The position numbers and the translations under genes are program-made. From Oligoflexales bacterium (GTDB lineage Bacteria; Bdellovibrionota_B; Oligoflexia; Oligoflexales; Bog-1112): DNA of 64,000 nt. The notes under the pieces are model-generated. The model was not told the origin of the DNA and searched no databases. It worked only from the letters and a program-made list of their open reading frames with translations. The stretch is taken from positions 25,664-89,663 of the forward strand of contig JBGCDR010000040.1 of the NCBI GenBank assembly GCA_045105515.1, given 5' to 3'. This document shows, piece after piece, positions 47,999 to 57,676 of the stretch; within the stretch, counting starts at the first letter, position 1, and each line of letters opens with the position of its first letter.

Positions 47999-49282
47999 AT
48001 GGCCATTTATGGACGGAAACGCTTATCTATTTTTTTTGCCTGCATACTGCTCTCAATGATTTTAAGCAGATTGGTATGGATGCAACTACGCACCTACCAG
48101 CTTGTACCCTCCTTTGGTGCTTTTAGCACATTTTCATACATAAGCAGTGATTTCCGCAAAAATTGTCGTAACAATTCCGAAATTGCTGAGCTTTTCACAC
48201 CGCTTAGACAGGAAGCTCAGTTGATTGCCCCAAGCTTTCACCGTTGGTTCATCCAGCCAAGCTTTATTCTTGTCTCCAAAGAAATCTGTGCTAAACCAGA
48301 GCCAATTCAATTTATCATCCACATGCATTGGATTTGTCTGGCACTTATTGTGCTTCTTGGTATTTTTCTTGCTAGGTTTTTATCTAGTTCCTGGTGTTTG
48401 GCAATATTTGTAGGAGCGACTCTTATGAGCCGAGGGGCACTATTGGCCTTGATAGGTTCTTACTCCGACGCTCTACCCTTAACACTACTTATGACCCTTT
48501 GGTTTACTAGCTGTATCCATTACCTAAGAACCCTATCAAACGTAAGCCTAACCATGGCACTTACAGCGACCATATTAGGCTCAATGCTAACGGGTAGCTT
48601 CATTGGTTTAGGTTTAGCCATCCCTTGCTTCTTGTTTATCTTAAAGCGAAAGCCAGTATATCGACCCATTCAAGCTGCATCTCGAGGATACTTAAGCAAC
48701 AATAGAAATTTCAAAGCCTTTTCTCCCTTAAGAATAAGATTCAGTATGTGGATCAACAGGACTCCAAATTTGCGAAAACAACTCCTATTTTTTTGGCTCA
48801 TTTTAACAGCTGTGCTTATATCCATGCAAGTAAGCTTTAAGGCCTACCAGCTCTTTTATGGTGACAATCTTAAAGGGAATATCCTTGAAGGATTATCAAG
48901 GCCAACTATCAATACATTTTCGAGTTTTTTGAGCTACTGGCTATTTGAAGGCATAAATACCCTCGACCTTCATTCCCTATTCAGTATTGCTATCATTTTT
49001 CTGTGGGGATTCTCATCGCAGCTGGAAAAAACTCATGAATATACAAAAGAAGCTATTTTGCTCTTTATGGTGTGTTTTGGAATCCTCTTCAGTATAACTT
49101 TATTCACTGGTTATCTAGATTTCATTATTTTGGGAGTTGCTAGTTTGAGCTCGCGTGCTTTATCGCTGAGAGTAATGCACCCAACTCCTTTCCTTGTTTG
49201 GCTTGAGCCTATTATACTAACATTAGGTATCATCGGTTTATATCATATGCTAAAAAGAAAAACGGTCAGTCTTGAACGCTAA
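47999..49282 (+). CDS. Polytopic membrane protein (possibly GT-C/ArnT-like)
   Basis: About 10 hydrophobic segments, an N-terminal periplasmic loop, and a SD(A)LP-type loop after a TM segment. Confidence 0.5.
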   Translation: MAIYGRKRLSIFFACILLSMILSRLVWMQLRTYQLVPSFGAFSTFSYISSDFRKNCRNNSEIAELFTPLRQEAQLIAPSFHRWFIQPSFILVSKEICAKPEPIQFIIHMHWICLALIVLLGIFLARFLSSSWCLAIFVGATLMSRGALLALIGSYSDALPLTLLMTLWFTSCIHYLRTLSNVSLTMALTATILGSMLTGSFIGLGLAIPCFLFILKRKPVYRPIQAASRGYLSNNRNFKAFSPLRIRFSMWINRTPNLRKQLLFFWLILTAVLISMQVSFKAYQLFYGDNLKGNILEGLSRPTINTFSSFLSYWLFEGINTLDLHSLFSIAIIFLWGFSSQLEKTHEYTKEAILLFMVCFGILFSITLFTGYLDFIILGVASLSSRALSLRVMHPTPFLVWLEPIILTLGIIGLYHMLKRKTVSLER

Positions 49283-49319
49283 GATTAAAAATACAAATCA
49301 TTCTAGATAAGTACAGCCT

Positions 49320-50189
49320 TTGATAGATAGATTGATTTTGAAGGCTGACATAAATTCTATTGGAAAGGATGCTATGAGAGGATTTCCCTTTGCATTGATT
49401 GGAGCTCTACACCTTCTAACTTTTATAGCCTGCAGCCACCAACCTAAGCGTCCTCCAAAAGATCAAATTGAGCAAACTAAGCTGCTCAATGACAAACAAG
49501 CTGCTACTCCAATTGCTTTAAGCCCAAATAGCTGCATTCCGTTTAAAGACCCTAATTCTTCACTACCTCTATGGCTACAGAATCAAGGCATCGTAGTGAC
49601 TCGGTTTGTAAAAGAATGCACTACTAATGAAGGTAATAGAGGTTATGAGCCAGATAGCCCTTGGGTGGCAATGGGATTCCCTTGTACTGGAGGAGATGGC
49701 AGGATAGAAGTAGGTGGACACTATTTTGCACCAAAAATAATTAGTCTGATTCTTTCAACAGACTGTTCCATGTTTCCATCATCATTAGATAAAGTACGCC
49801 AAGCTGGAGTCAGCGCCCTAGCTCTCAAGAGCAACTCGAAGCTCATGGCATTGAACCCATTTGCTGTGCAGTATTGGGAAATTCCAGGTTACGATGATGC
49901 AGATGTTGGTTTTACCATCGACCTACGCTCCATTGCAGCCAAACAACAATTATGGAAACAGTTCTTAGAAAAGAAACCAATCCAAGTCAAGCTTTTTGGA
50001 CGAGAAAACGCTTGGATCAGAGGTTATCACTTCTTCGATGTTGATGCCGAACTCATTAACACCGGGGTACAAAAATTTCAGATGCGCATCAAGAAAGTAA
50101 CTCCACTCGATGGAAAAGGAATTAGGGAGATCCGCGATAGGTGTGAAAGCCTCCAGCCTCGCAGAAACTGCTCGCAAGTCTTTAGATAA
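49320..50189 (+). CDS. Uncharacterised Cys-rich lipoprotein
   Basis: Lipobox FIA-C counted from ATG 49371 (MRGFP), with several paired Cys. Confidence 0.65.
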   Translation: MIDRLILKADINSIGKDAMRGFPFALIGALHLLTFIACSHQPKRPPKDQIEQTKLLNDKQAATPIALSPNSCIPFKDPNSSLPLWLQNQGIVVTRFVKECTTNEGNRGYEPDSPWVAMGFPCTGGDGRIEVGGHYFAPKIISLILSTDCSMFPSSLDKVRQAGVSALALKSNSKLMALNPFAVQYWEIPGYDDADVGFTIDLRSIAAKQQLWKQFLEKKPIQVKLFGRENAWIRGYHFFDVDAELINTGVQKFQMRIKKVTPLDGKGIREIRDRCESLQPRRNCSQVFR

Positions 50190-50208
50190 CGCACATTATG
50201 ATGCATTT

Positions 50209-51816
50209 TTATAGTGTAACTGCAGTAGCAGACAACACATGCTTTACAGACATGAGTTTTTCCATCATAGAGCCATTAACCTCACTATCTATTTTTACTA
50301 GCGCAAGAGCTTGACCTCCTTGGTTACTTCGAGACAGTTCAAACGAATCTATGTTAATCTGTTCACGCGCTAATAAGCTCCCCACGTCCCCAATCACTCC
50401 AGGTTTATCTTCATTTCTGATGACAATAAATCGACCACTTGGCTCTACCTCGAAAGGATAGCGATCGATCAATGAAATCCTTATATAACTCTGATCAAAC
50501 ACTATTCCTCCTACACTCAAAGTTTCTCCACTTTTATAGTGCAAAACAAACTTAATCGCAGAGTGATAGCTATCAAAATTTGGATCTTTGGACTCTTCTA
50601 AAGTCAAACCTAGGCTTTCAAAATGAGCCCCAGCATTCACAAAAGAAACATAACTATTCACAGCACAAGAAACGTATCCCTTCATCCAACCAAGCTTTAT
50701 GAGACCTGGATCAACACCTGCGAGGTCTCCACGATATAGAACTTCAATCTTATTTGGATTAGCTTTATTCAGCTGACCAGCTAAACGTCCGAGTTTTTCC
50801 GCTAAAATAGCATAAGGCTTTACCAAAGGATTATCAACGACACCAATTTGAGGTAGATTTACCGGATAATCCACGACCCCACCTTCTAGTGCCTTAAGCA
50901 CTTGGACGTAAACACTATCTCCAATTGCAAATTGAGCCTCTTCCGTAGAAGCTCCTATATGCGGTGAACAAATCACTCGTGGGTGTTGAGCCAATTTTGC
51001 CAATATTTCTGGTTCACTTTCCCATGTATCAATGGCAGCTCCGGCTATATGTCCCGACTCTAGAGCCGCAAATAAAGCTTTTTCAGCAATTACCCCTCCT
51101 CTAGCTGCATTTATGAGAAAAGAACCTGGTTTCATGGCACTAATGACTTCTTGGTTAATGCAAGATTTTGTTTCCCGGTTCAAGGGGACATGAACAGTGA
51201 GAATATCAACAGCGGAAGCCAAAGCTGTCAAAGATGGCAAATTCACTACATCAAAGCGGGCAAATTTCTCTGGGGCAATATAGGGATCATGGCCAAATAC
51301 CTCCATATCAAAACCATGAGCAAATTTTGCAACCCTATGACCCACATTACCAAGGCCAACAATCCCAATTTTTTTGCCCTTCAGTTCATTGCCAATAAAT
51401 GTATGACGGTCCCAACCTCCACCTTTAACCTTGTGGTGAGCTTGCGGAATTTTTCTCAATAAAGCCAACATTATACCTAAGGTTAACTCAGCGGCAGAAT
51501 TGGTATTCTTTCCAGGTGTGTTTAAAACTAGAATTCCCTTTTTTGTGGCGTATTCAATATCAATATTTGCCACTCCTACTGCCGCGCGTGCTATCACCTT
51601 GAGTTCTTTGGCTATATCAATTAGGGCTGCATCTATTTTAGTTTCACTTCGCGTTATTAAGACCTTAGCTGAGGGCACCAGCCTCTCTAGTTCTTCCCGC
51701 GAACAATCCGGTTCATACTGAATCTTTAGATAACTTATTTCTCGGAGTTTTTTAATAGCATATCGATCAATAGCTCCGGTAATTAAAACTACAGCATTTT
51801 CCTCTTCTTTTACCAC
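50209..51816 (-). CDS. serA: D-3-phosphoglycerate dehydrogenase (type I, with ACT domain)
   Basis: Motifs ITRSETK, GVANIDI, NTPGKNT.SAAE, GLGNVG, INAARGG, SPHIGASTEEAQ and C-terminal ACT (NEDKPGVIG). Confidence 0.95.
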   Translation of the reverse strand: MVKEEENAVVLITGAIDRYAIKKLREISYLKIQYEPDCSREELERLVPSAKVLITRSETKIDAALIDIAKELKVIARAAVGVANIDIEYATKKGILVLNTPGKNTNSAAELTLGIMLALLRKIPQAHHKVKGGGWDRHTFIGNELKGKKIGIVGLGNVGHRVAKFAHGFDMEVFGHDPYIAPEKFARFDVVNLPSLTALASAVDILTVHVPLNRETKSCINQEVISAMKPGSFLINAARGGVIAEKALFAALESGHIAGAAIDTWESEPEILAKLAQHPRVICSPHIGASTEEAQFAIGDSVYVQVLKALEGGVVDYPVNLPQIGVVDNPLVKPYAILAEKLGRLAGQLNKANPNKIEVLYRGDLAGVDPGLIKLGWMKGYVSCAVNSYVSFVNAGAHFESLGLTLEESKDPNFDSYHSAIKFVLHYKSGETLSVGGIVFDQSYIRISLIDRYPFEVEPSGRFIVIRNEDKPGVIGDVGSLLAREQINIDSFELSRSNQGGQALALVKIDSEVNGSMMEKLMSVKHVLSATAVTL

Positions 51817-51902
51817 AATATCCCCTTCACATCACAGGTAGAGTTTTCCTATGACCAATGTTTACCCTTTTATCTAAAATGGAACTATAAAATTTTTAGG
51901 AG

Positions 51903-53396
51903 CTATTTATGAACAATCGGTGAAGATGGGATCGAAATGACTGGCAAAGAAAGATGATCAACGGCAGGGAGTAATCTGCGATAAACTATGACTCCCTCCT
52001 TGATAACAGAAAAATAGGTATGATGCCCAGGTTTTGCCCAAAAGCTCCAACGATCACTGCCAACGTATGAAGCTTTTAAACCACCCACATATATCAAAGC
52101 ACGATTTCTTTGAACTCCATATACCTTAATTTGAAAACGGGTCCAGGCTGCACTAGGAGGATTTAGAGGAAGGTGTGCCTTATGAGCCATACAATGGCTT
52201 TTATTATTTACACATGCTTCCTTACCCATAGTATCAATCAAATAGAGGCTCTTTTTTGCAGGAACCTTTGAAAGAATACGAATCGGAAAGCCCGAAAATC
52301 CAGTAAGAGCGACATTGGAGTCAATCTTCCAAATTGGAGTTTTTAAGTCCTGAACAAACCATTTTGAACCATTTTTTATCAATGAATAAGGTTTAGGGGT
52401 ATGTAGCTTAAGGGTCTGTAAGATCTTTTCGGCAGTGATTTGACTACTGCCCGTATAATTTTTTAAAAAATCTATCTTTTTTTCTGAACCCACCCTTCTA
52501 GCAATCACTCTTATTACCCCAGGAAAAGAGGGGCTGCTTTTATAGGCAATATGGCCGACACCCACCTGCCATGGACTATTCTTTCGCAGTTCGAGACCTT
52601 TTTGTGCACTTGTTCTCTTGAGGGCTGGTAAGAGATTTTTCTTGAGTATTTGTGTTTTACCTTCCCTATCATGACCGAAGTCGAAAACTGAAAACCAAAC
52701 ACTATAGTAAGGATCATTTTCTTCCAAATTTTCTATGGAAACTTCTTGGGTTTGCCGAACAGTTTTTACCTGTTCCTTCTCCACAGTATTAGTAAGTATT
52801 TTTTTCCCTCCTTCAGGAATTATACGGTTACGAATTTTTTGAGAGTTTAATTTAACAGTGGCTTTTACTTTTAGAGATTCTGCATCATTATTTTCAATAG
52901 GGACAACAAGGTTCTTTGAGGCTAGTAGCTCATGATCTCTACTACGTTTTTTAAGATTTAAAGTAACAGTTTGACCTTTTCTAAATCTTAAAAATCGCCT
53001 CCATTCCCCATAGGAGTCTGTCACTCCAAGTACTTTATCAAAATAATTCACTCTCGCACCAGCTACCGGATGCCCCTCAGAATCAATAGCTTTCACTTCA
53101 AAAAGTATATTGTGCTTCCTTTTTTCTGGATTTTTAAAGCTACTTAACTTTGGATAAACCAAGAAGGCTGCGCTAAGAATAAGCGAAATAGCTGTTAGGC
53201 CATGCCATAAGCGTTTGTTCCGTTGTCCCTTCCGATATTGCTCCCAAACTTCTTTTAAGGTGGTTTGCGTTCCCCTTTGCGGATGGGGAACCCCTGCTCC
53301 TCCACTGTTCTTTTTTTTCACAATCTTAAGTACACCCATAAAATCCACCTTTTTTTTCCTGCTTGTGCGAACCCTGGATCGCGCGGTAAATCCCAC
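51903..53396 (-). CDS. Membrane-anchored protein with carboxypeptidase-regulatory-like (transthyretin-like) domain
   Basis: TM helix, then VKAIDSEGHPVAGARV...GVTDSYG. Confidence 0.55.
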   Translation of the reverse strand: MGFTARSRVRTSRKKKVDFMGVLKIVKKKNSGGAGVPHPQRGTQTTLKEVWEQYRKGQRNKRLWHGLTAISLILSAAFLVYPKLSSFKNPEKRKHNILFEVKAIDSEGHPVAGARVNYFDKVLGVTDSYGEWRRFLRFRKGQTVTLNLKKRSRDHELLASKNLVVPIENNDAESLKVKATVKLNSQKIRNRIIPEGGKKILTNTVEKEQVKTVRQTQEVSIENLEENDPYYSVWFSVFDFGHDREGKTQILKKNLLPALKRTSAQKGLELRKNSPWQVGVGHIAYKSSPSFPGVIRVIARRVGSEKKIDFLKNYTGSSQITAEKILQTLKLHTPKPYSLIKNGSKWFVQDLKTPIWKIDSNVALTGFSGFPIRILSKVPAKKSLYLIDTMGKEACVNNKSHCMAHKAHLPLNPPSAAWTRFQIKVYGVQRNRALIYVGGLKASYVGSDRWSFWAKPGHHTYFSVIKEGVIVYRRLLPAVDHLSLPVISIPSSPIVHK

Positions 53397-53515
53397 AACA
53401 GTTTGTCCTAGTCAGTGATAAAATAGGGACTTAGCTGTTTTGCATTCACCAAAAGGACCAACAATCGCTCTTAAAGGGCTCATCATCATCATATCTCGAT
53501 GAATTAGAAGGAAAA

Positions 53516-54358
53516 ATGGGCAAGGTATACCTAATTCTTGTTATTATTTTTAGCAGCAATTTTTTGCTCCCTAGCGTCTTTGGGAAAGATCGTATCATCC
53601 TTGCACCAAACCCAGAGCCAGTAGTTCCACCTCCTCCAGACAAAGAGCAGAGTCAGCAGGATTTACAAAGACTCAGGAAGCGAAGAAAAAAACGCAAAGG
53701 AGGGAATATAAGCCGCTATAAATATTTCCAAAATAAGCGTAACCAACAACTCGTTAAAGATTCAGAAAAAAAAGGACCTTATCAGTTTATGACCCAGACA
53801 AGCTTAGTTTTGCCAGCAATTCTGGCAAGAGGCCCAAGAAGCAACTATACGAGCGAACTATCTGCTCATATTTCTACTTTTTTTAGATTATCACCCGACG
53901 AGGAGCCATTCTCTCAGCAATATTGGTGGGGCATACGCATCGCTCCCTTCGCTGGAACGGGAAATTATCAAGAAACAGCGGGTCGCTACAATTTTTTTTA
54001 TTTTGGTCCCATGATTGGTATTGGCAGCTTGAGTAGATCATTAGAAACCGACCAGAAAGAAAACAATGGTATCGTAACGCGATCAAATAAAAATACCCCT
54101 AAAACCAATGGGTGGTTTCTAATGGGGGGCATTGCAGCACATACACGTATCGTCCAAGTTGATCCAACTGATGACATAGCTGATAAAGAAATGAATACAA
54201 TTAAATCAGCAAAACTCGATGGAACTGGACTCTGGGTAGAGTTTACCTATGCTAATATTTACTTTGGAAGTTTGGGTGCTCACTATGTAGCGGGTGTTCA
54301 GCTAGGTGAAGAAAAAGTATTTCTCTGGCTAGGAGTAGGAGCAGGAGGTTGGTACTGA
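53516..54358 (+). CDS. Secreted, putative outer-membrane beta-barrel protein
   Basis: Signal peptide, Pro-rich and Arg/Lys-rich stretch, amphipathic beta strands, and aromatic C-terminus (GGWY). Confidence 0.55.
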   Translation: MGKVYLILVIIFSSNFLLPSVFGKDRIILAPNPEPVVPPPPDKEQSQQDLQRLRKRRKKRKGGNISRYKYFQNKRNQQLVKDSEKKGPYQFMTQTSLVLPAILARGPRSNYTSELSAHISTFFRLSPDEEPFSQQYWWGIRIAPFAGTGNYQETAGRYNFFYFGPMIGIGSLSRSLETDQKENNGIVTRSNKNTPKTNGWFLMGGIAAHTRIVQVDPTDDIADKEMNTIKSAKLDGTGLWVEFTYANIYFGSLGAHYVAGVQLGEEKVFLWLGVGAGGWY

Positions 54359-55017
54359 TAAAGCATACGCAAAAATTATCAAAAGTATTCTCACTTGTTC
54401 TAATCTTCAAGCTTTGCTCATGTACCCTGTTTAAAGGCACAGAAGGTCAAGAAGAAGATATTGAGGCTGAAAGTGACTACGAATATTACGAAGAAGACGG
54501 TATAGAAAATCCTCCTGACCCTTTTGCATTCCCCAAAGAAGCTAACGCTTGGGAGACTCAGGCCCTATTACTAAGTCAAGAATTGCCTGCTTCAGACCAG
54601 ATACAAAACTGCTCTTCTGATATATCGCTTGCAGCAAAAGAAGCTAACAATGACGAAGCCCTTTTGACTGCAAAAAAAACTGTATTAGCAAGTGTCAAAG
54701 AAAATCCCAATCTTTACCATTGGTGTTTTTTCCTTATTGCCCGACAGATGGACAGTCAAATAGAAGCCAGTGGAAAAAGACTAAACGAAAAAGTTGAGTA
54801 CTTTTTGGGAAAAATGAAAGAACTCTGGATTCTAGGAAGAGCCCTGGATGCCCATCGCTCAGGAAACTCATACTTTACCTACTTGCAGCGCCGATATGTT
54901 GACCTATCTCAGAGAGTTTTTGGTCGGTACCTAGAAGTTGTTGGGAGCCCCTTAGATAGACGCCCGACTCGGAAAAAAACTCAAGGAAAGCCAGCAGAAG
55001 AGGCTGAAATTAATTAA
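54349..55017 (+). CDS. Uncharacterised helical lipoprotein
   Basis: Lipobox LCS-C and acidic tether. Overlaps the upstream gene by 10 bp. Confidence 0.6.
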   Translation: MVLIKHTQKLSKVFSLVLIFKLCSCTLFKGTEGQEEDIEAESDYEYYEEDGIENPPDPFAFPKEANAWETQALLLSQELPASDQIQNCSSDISLAAKEANNDEALLTAKKTVLASVKENPNLYHWCFFLIARQMDSQIEASGKRLNEKVEYFLGKMKELWILGRALDAHRSGNSYFTYLQRRYVDLSQRVFGRYLEVVGSPLDRRPTRKKTQGKPAEEAEIN

Positions 55018-55493
55018 ATTGGGGAAGCTTCATTTGGCTGCTTGACACTTGGTTCCAAACTCCCACAGACCTCGCCTCTAATCTTTTGATAATGAGAAAG
55101 CCGATCAAAAGTAAAACTAGGATTAGCAAGCCGCACCACTGGTTCGCCTATGCGGTAGACCTTATATTGAAAACGGTAATCTACACTTTCTTTATTAAAA
55201 GAAAAAACAACAAACCTCCGATAATATTCTTTCAATGTCTCACCCGTAATCAAGCCAAACTGGGTCTCGAAATCACTTTTCTTAAAATCTGTAGAGAAAA
55301 AATCTTCACCTTGCACGGCAATGCTATAACCTCGCCTTAGTAGGTTTCTTCGTGCTTGAATCATAGAGATTGAGCACTTGGTCAACTCCTGAATTTGAGA
55401 ATTTTCTAAAATAAGTTGAGTGCTTTGGCAGGCAAATAAAATCGAAGTTAAAAGACTTAGTAAGCAGATCTTAAGGGTCATATGCATGTTCAA
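55014..55493 (-). CDS. Small uncharacterised lipoprotein
   Basis: Lipobox LFA-C, 159 aa. Confidence 0.6.
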   Translation of the reverse strand: MNMHMTLKICLLSLLTSILFACQSTQLILENSQIQELTKCSISMIQARRNLLRRGYSIAVQGEDFFSTDFKKSDFETQFGLITGETLKEYYRRFVVFSFNKESVDYRFQYKVYRIGEPVVRLANPSFTFDRLSHYQKIRGEVCGSLEPSVKQPNEASPI

Positions 55494-55582
55494 ATTAAAG
55501 GAATCCTTATAGATATCCGATGCCTTCTTTAGATTAACTTTAACACGCAGATGATCCTAGGTGAAAGCACGAGGATAAATTA

Positions 55583-56860
55583 ATGTGTTGCCACCTTAAG
55601 AACTACACAAGAATTGCATTTATTGCTCTCCTCTTGTCACTAGCTACCCCCTACTCATTCCTGTTTGCTCAGGAAGAGGGGGAAATTGAAGATAATTCAG
55701 GAAAAGATGAAAACCCTGAGTTTGCTGTTGATAATGACCTAGAGGAAATAAATGAAGCTGCAGATGAACTTGTGGCATCATCAAAATCCGTGAGACGGTT
55801 TCACGAGGTTCTCGATGAGCTACTAGCAGAATTTGGCTACGATGTCGAAACTGGACAGATCGGAGGGCTAAAAAATCTTGCTATTAGAAAGGTGGATGTA
55901 AGTGATGCCATTCCATCTACATACCGCAAATATTTAGATTTACTGATATCTGAAAGAATCAGAGAGAATTCTGAAATCAAGCTTTTGACCTGCATTCCTT
56001 GTACCAGCAAAACCTCACGGATGATTGAAGGTAAAATTATCATAACTTCACCCGCTACAAACATTGCCGAGTTGCGCACAGCTGCGGAGAGAATCGGTAT
56101 CGACAATTTTATGGACATCGTTTTGGTATATCATTCAACTCACATGGTTCTTGCTATGCAAATATTCAAATCAGATACCAACGAACTAGTTTGGAGCCGG
56201 AGTTACAACAGCGAGACTATTCGCTCTCGTTATCAGAAGCTTGCCATTGATTACAGTCAAGTAGCCCGCTCTCGACCTGGTGAGGATTATCAGCCCGAAT
56301 ACCGATTGTTATTAGGCCTAGGAGGAGCTGGTATTCCGAATGTAGCCGGTGGTCAGCTTGACAGCACCATGCTCGATATAGCTTTTCGAAGCACAGAAAA
56401 GTTTGACAACCGTCGAGCAGAATTTGGGATGCTCTTAAATGCTTATGTAACGTTAGCTAGCATCTTGAATGAATACCCAAAAGTTGATGGTACGGGCTCA
56501 GCCGAAGCAGATAGCGACGATAGCGTTGACCCTAACGCTAGTGATTTCGAAATTGCAGCTCAGCCCCAACCTTTTTCTTTTGCACTTGGGCTATTTGGAA
56601 TATTTTCAAAAAATTTCCTCGGTGTAGTTGAATCATACAACCAAGTCAGACATGGAGCTCATGTTGCTCTAGGTGCAGTATTAACTTCGGGGTATCTTGC
56701 ACCGGCAGGAAAGTTAGGATGGGATGCTTTTTTCGGGAAACGTTTTATGTTTAGCCTTTCAGGGATCTATATTGCCCCTTCGCAGATAACTCTGGATGAA
56801 TCCATAGTTGAAACAACCGGAGGAGTAGGAGGTGAAGGTGTCCTTTCCTTCAATTTTTAG
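55583..56860 (+). CDS. Secreted protein: CsgG/LpoB/TolB_N-like alpha-beta domain plus C-terminal beta-barrel
   Basis: Signal peptide ending FLFA, CxxC (CIPC), ELVWSRSY strand and terminal SFNF beta-signal. Confidence 0.6.
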   Translation: MCCHLKNYTRIAFIALLLSLATPYSFLFAQEEGEIEDNSGKDENPEFAVDNDLEEINEAADELVASSKSVRRFHEVLDELLAEFGYDVETGQIGGLKNLAIRKVDVSDAIPSTYRKYLDLLISERIRENSEIKLLTCIPCTSKTSRMIEGKIIITSPATNIAELRTAAERIGIDNFMDIVLVYHSTHMVLAMQIFKSDTNELVWSRSYNSETIRSRYQKLAIDYSQVARSRPGEDYQPEYRLLLGLGGAGIPNVAGGQLDSTMLDIAFRSTEKFDNRRAEFGMLLNAYVTLASILNEYPKVDGTGSAEADSDDSVDPNASDFEIAAQPQPFSFALGLFGIFSKNFLGVVESYNQVRHGAHVALGAVLTSGYLAPAGKLGWDAFFGKRFMFSLSGIYIAPSQITLDESIVETTGGVGGEGVLSFNF

Positions 56861-57668
56861 AATCTTGATACCCCTTAGCTTCATTGGGTTTAGTGGATGC
56901 AAGTCCAACGACAATGATCCGAGTGTGGAACAGATGTTGCACGGCACCATTTCTTATCCTTTTATCCGTTCCAATCCTCTTGGGCTCAATGGAAAGAAAG
57001 AAAAATTCGTAATTCGATCAATATCTGGCTCTACCGAATATGTAATCGAGATTCCAGACGCGGGAGAAGACTATGATATTGAAATCCCACTTGCCGCGAT
57101 AGGCTCAGGAGACAGCCACAAACCCAAAGGGATATCCTCTCCAGCTGCAACAGACCGAGAAATCACGGCATCTTTACCGGATCTAGCAAGGGAGGCTCCA
57201 GCAAAATCTGCATTTATGGACAAAGCTTTTGGGGTAGGATCCACAGGCGGTCCCAAGCAAGCACCTAGTTATACTTTAGGGATTGCAAAAATTACGAGAC
57301 TCTACCAAAAAAGAAAATTTGAATATGCTTTAATTGAGGTAAACCATTTACTTTCATTTTTTCCTCAAAGTCCAAGACTTCATAAAATGAAAGGAACCAT
57401 TTACGTTAAGTTACACAACTACCAGCTTGCTGAAAAGTCGTGGCTTAGAGCGTTAGAATTCACACCTAATGATCAAATCTTACGAAAAGGTATAGCTAGA
57501 TTACAACAGAAAATTAAGAGAACTTATAGCCCTATATCGGCTTCGAGTGAGCCTAAAGCAGTACGCACAGTTCCGCAAGCTATCAGTAAAAACTATCTAA
57601 AAAATGAAGAAGACTCCGAACTGGAACAAGCTGAAATTGAGGTCAACAATGCTTCACCCGACCAGTAA
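56832..57668 (+). CDS. TPR lipoprotein
   Basis: GTG start with SD AGGAG, lipobox FSG-C, and TPR-like helices (YALIEVNHLLSFFP, LAEKSWLRALEFTP). Confidence 0.7.
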   Translation: MKVSFPSIFRILIPLSFIGFSGCKSNDNDPSVEQMLHGTISYPFIRSNPLGLNGKKEKFVIRSISGSTEYVIEIPDAGEDYDIEIPLAAIGSGDSHKPKGISSPAATDREITASLPDLAREAPAKSAFMDKAFGVGSTGGPKQAPSYTLGIAKITRLYQKRKFEYALIEVNHLLSFFPQSPRLHKMKGTIYVKLHNYQLAEKSWLRALEFTPNDQILRKGIARLQQKIKRTYSPISASSEPKAVRTVPQAISKNYLKNEEDSELEQAEIEVNNASPDQ

Positions 57669-57676
57669 TAACTCAA

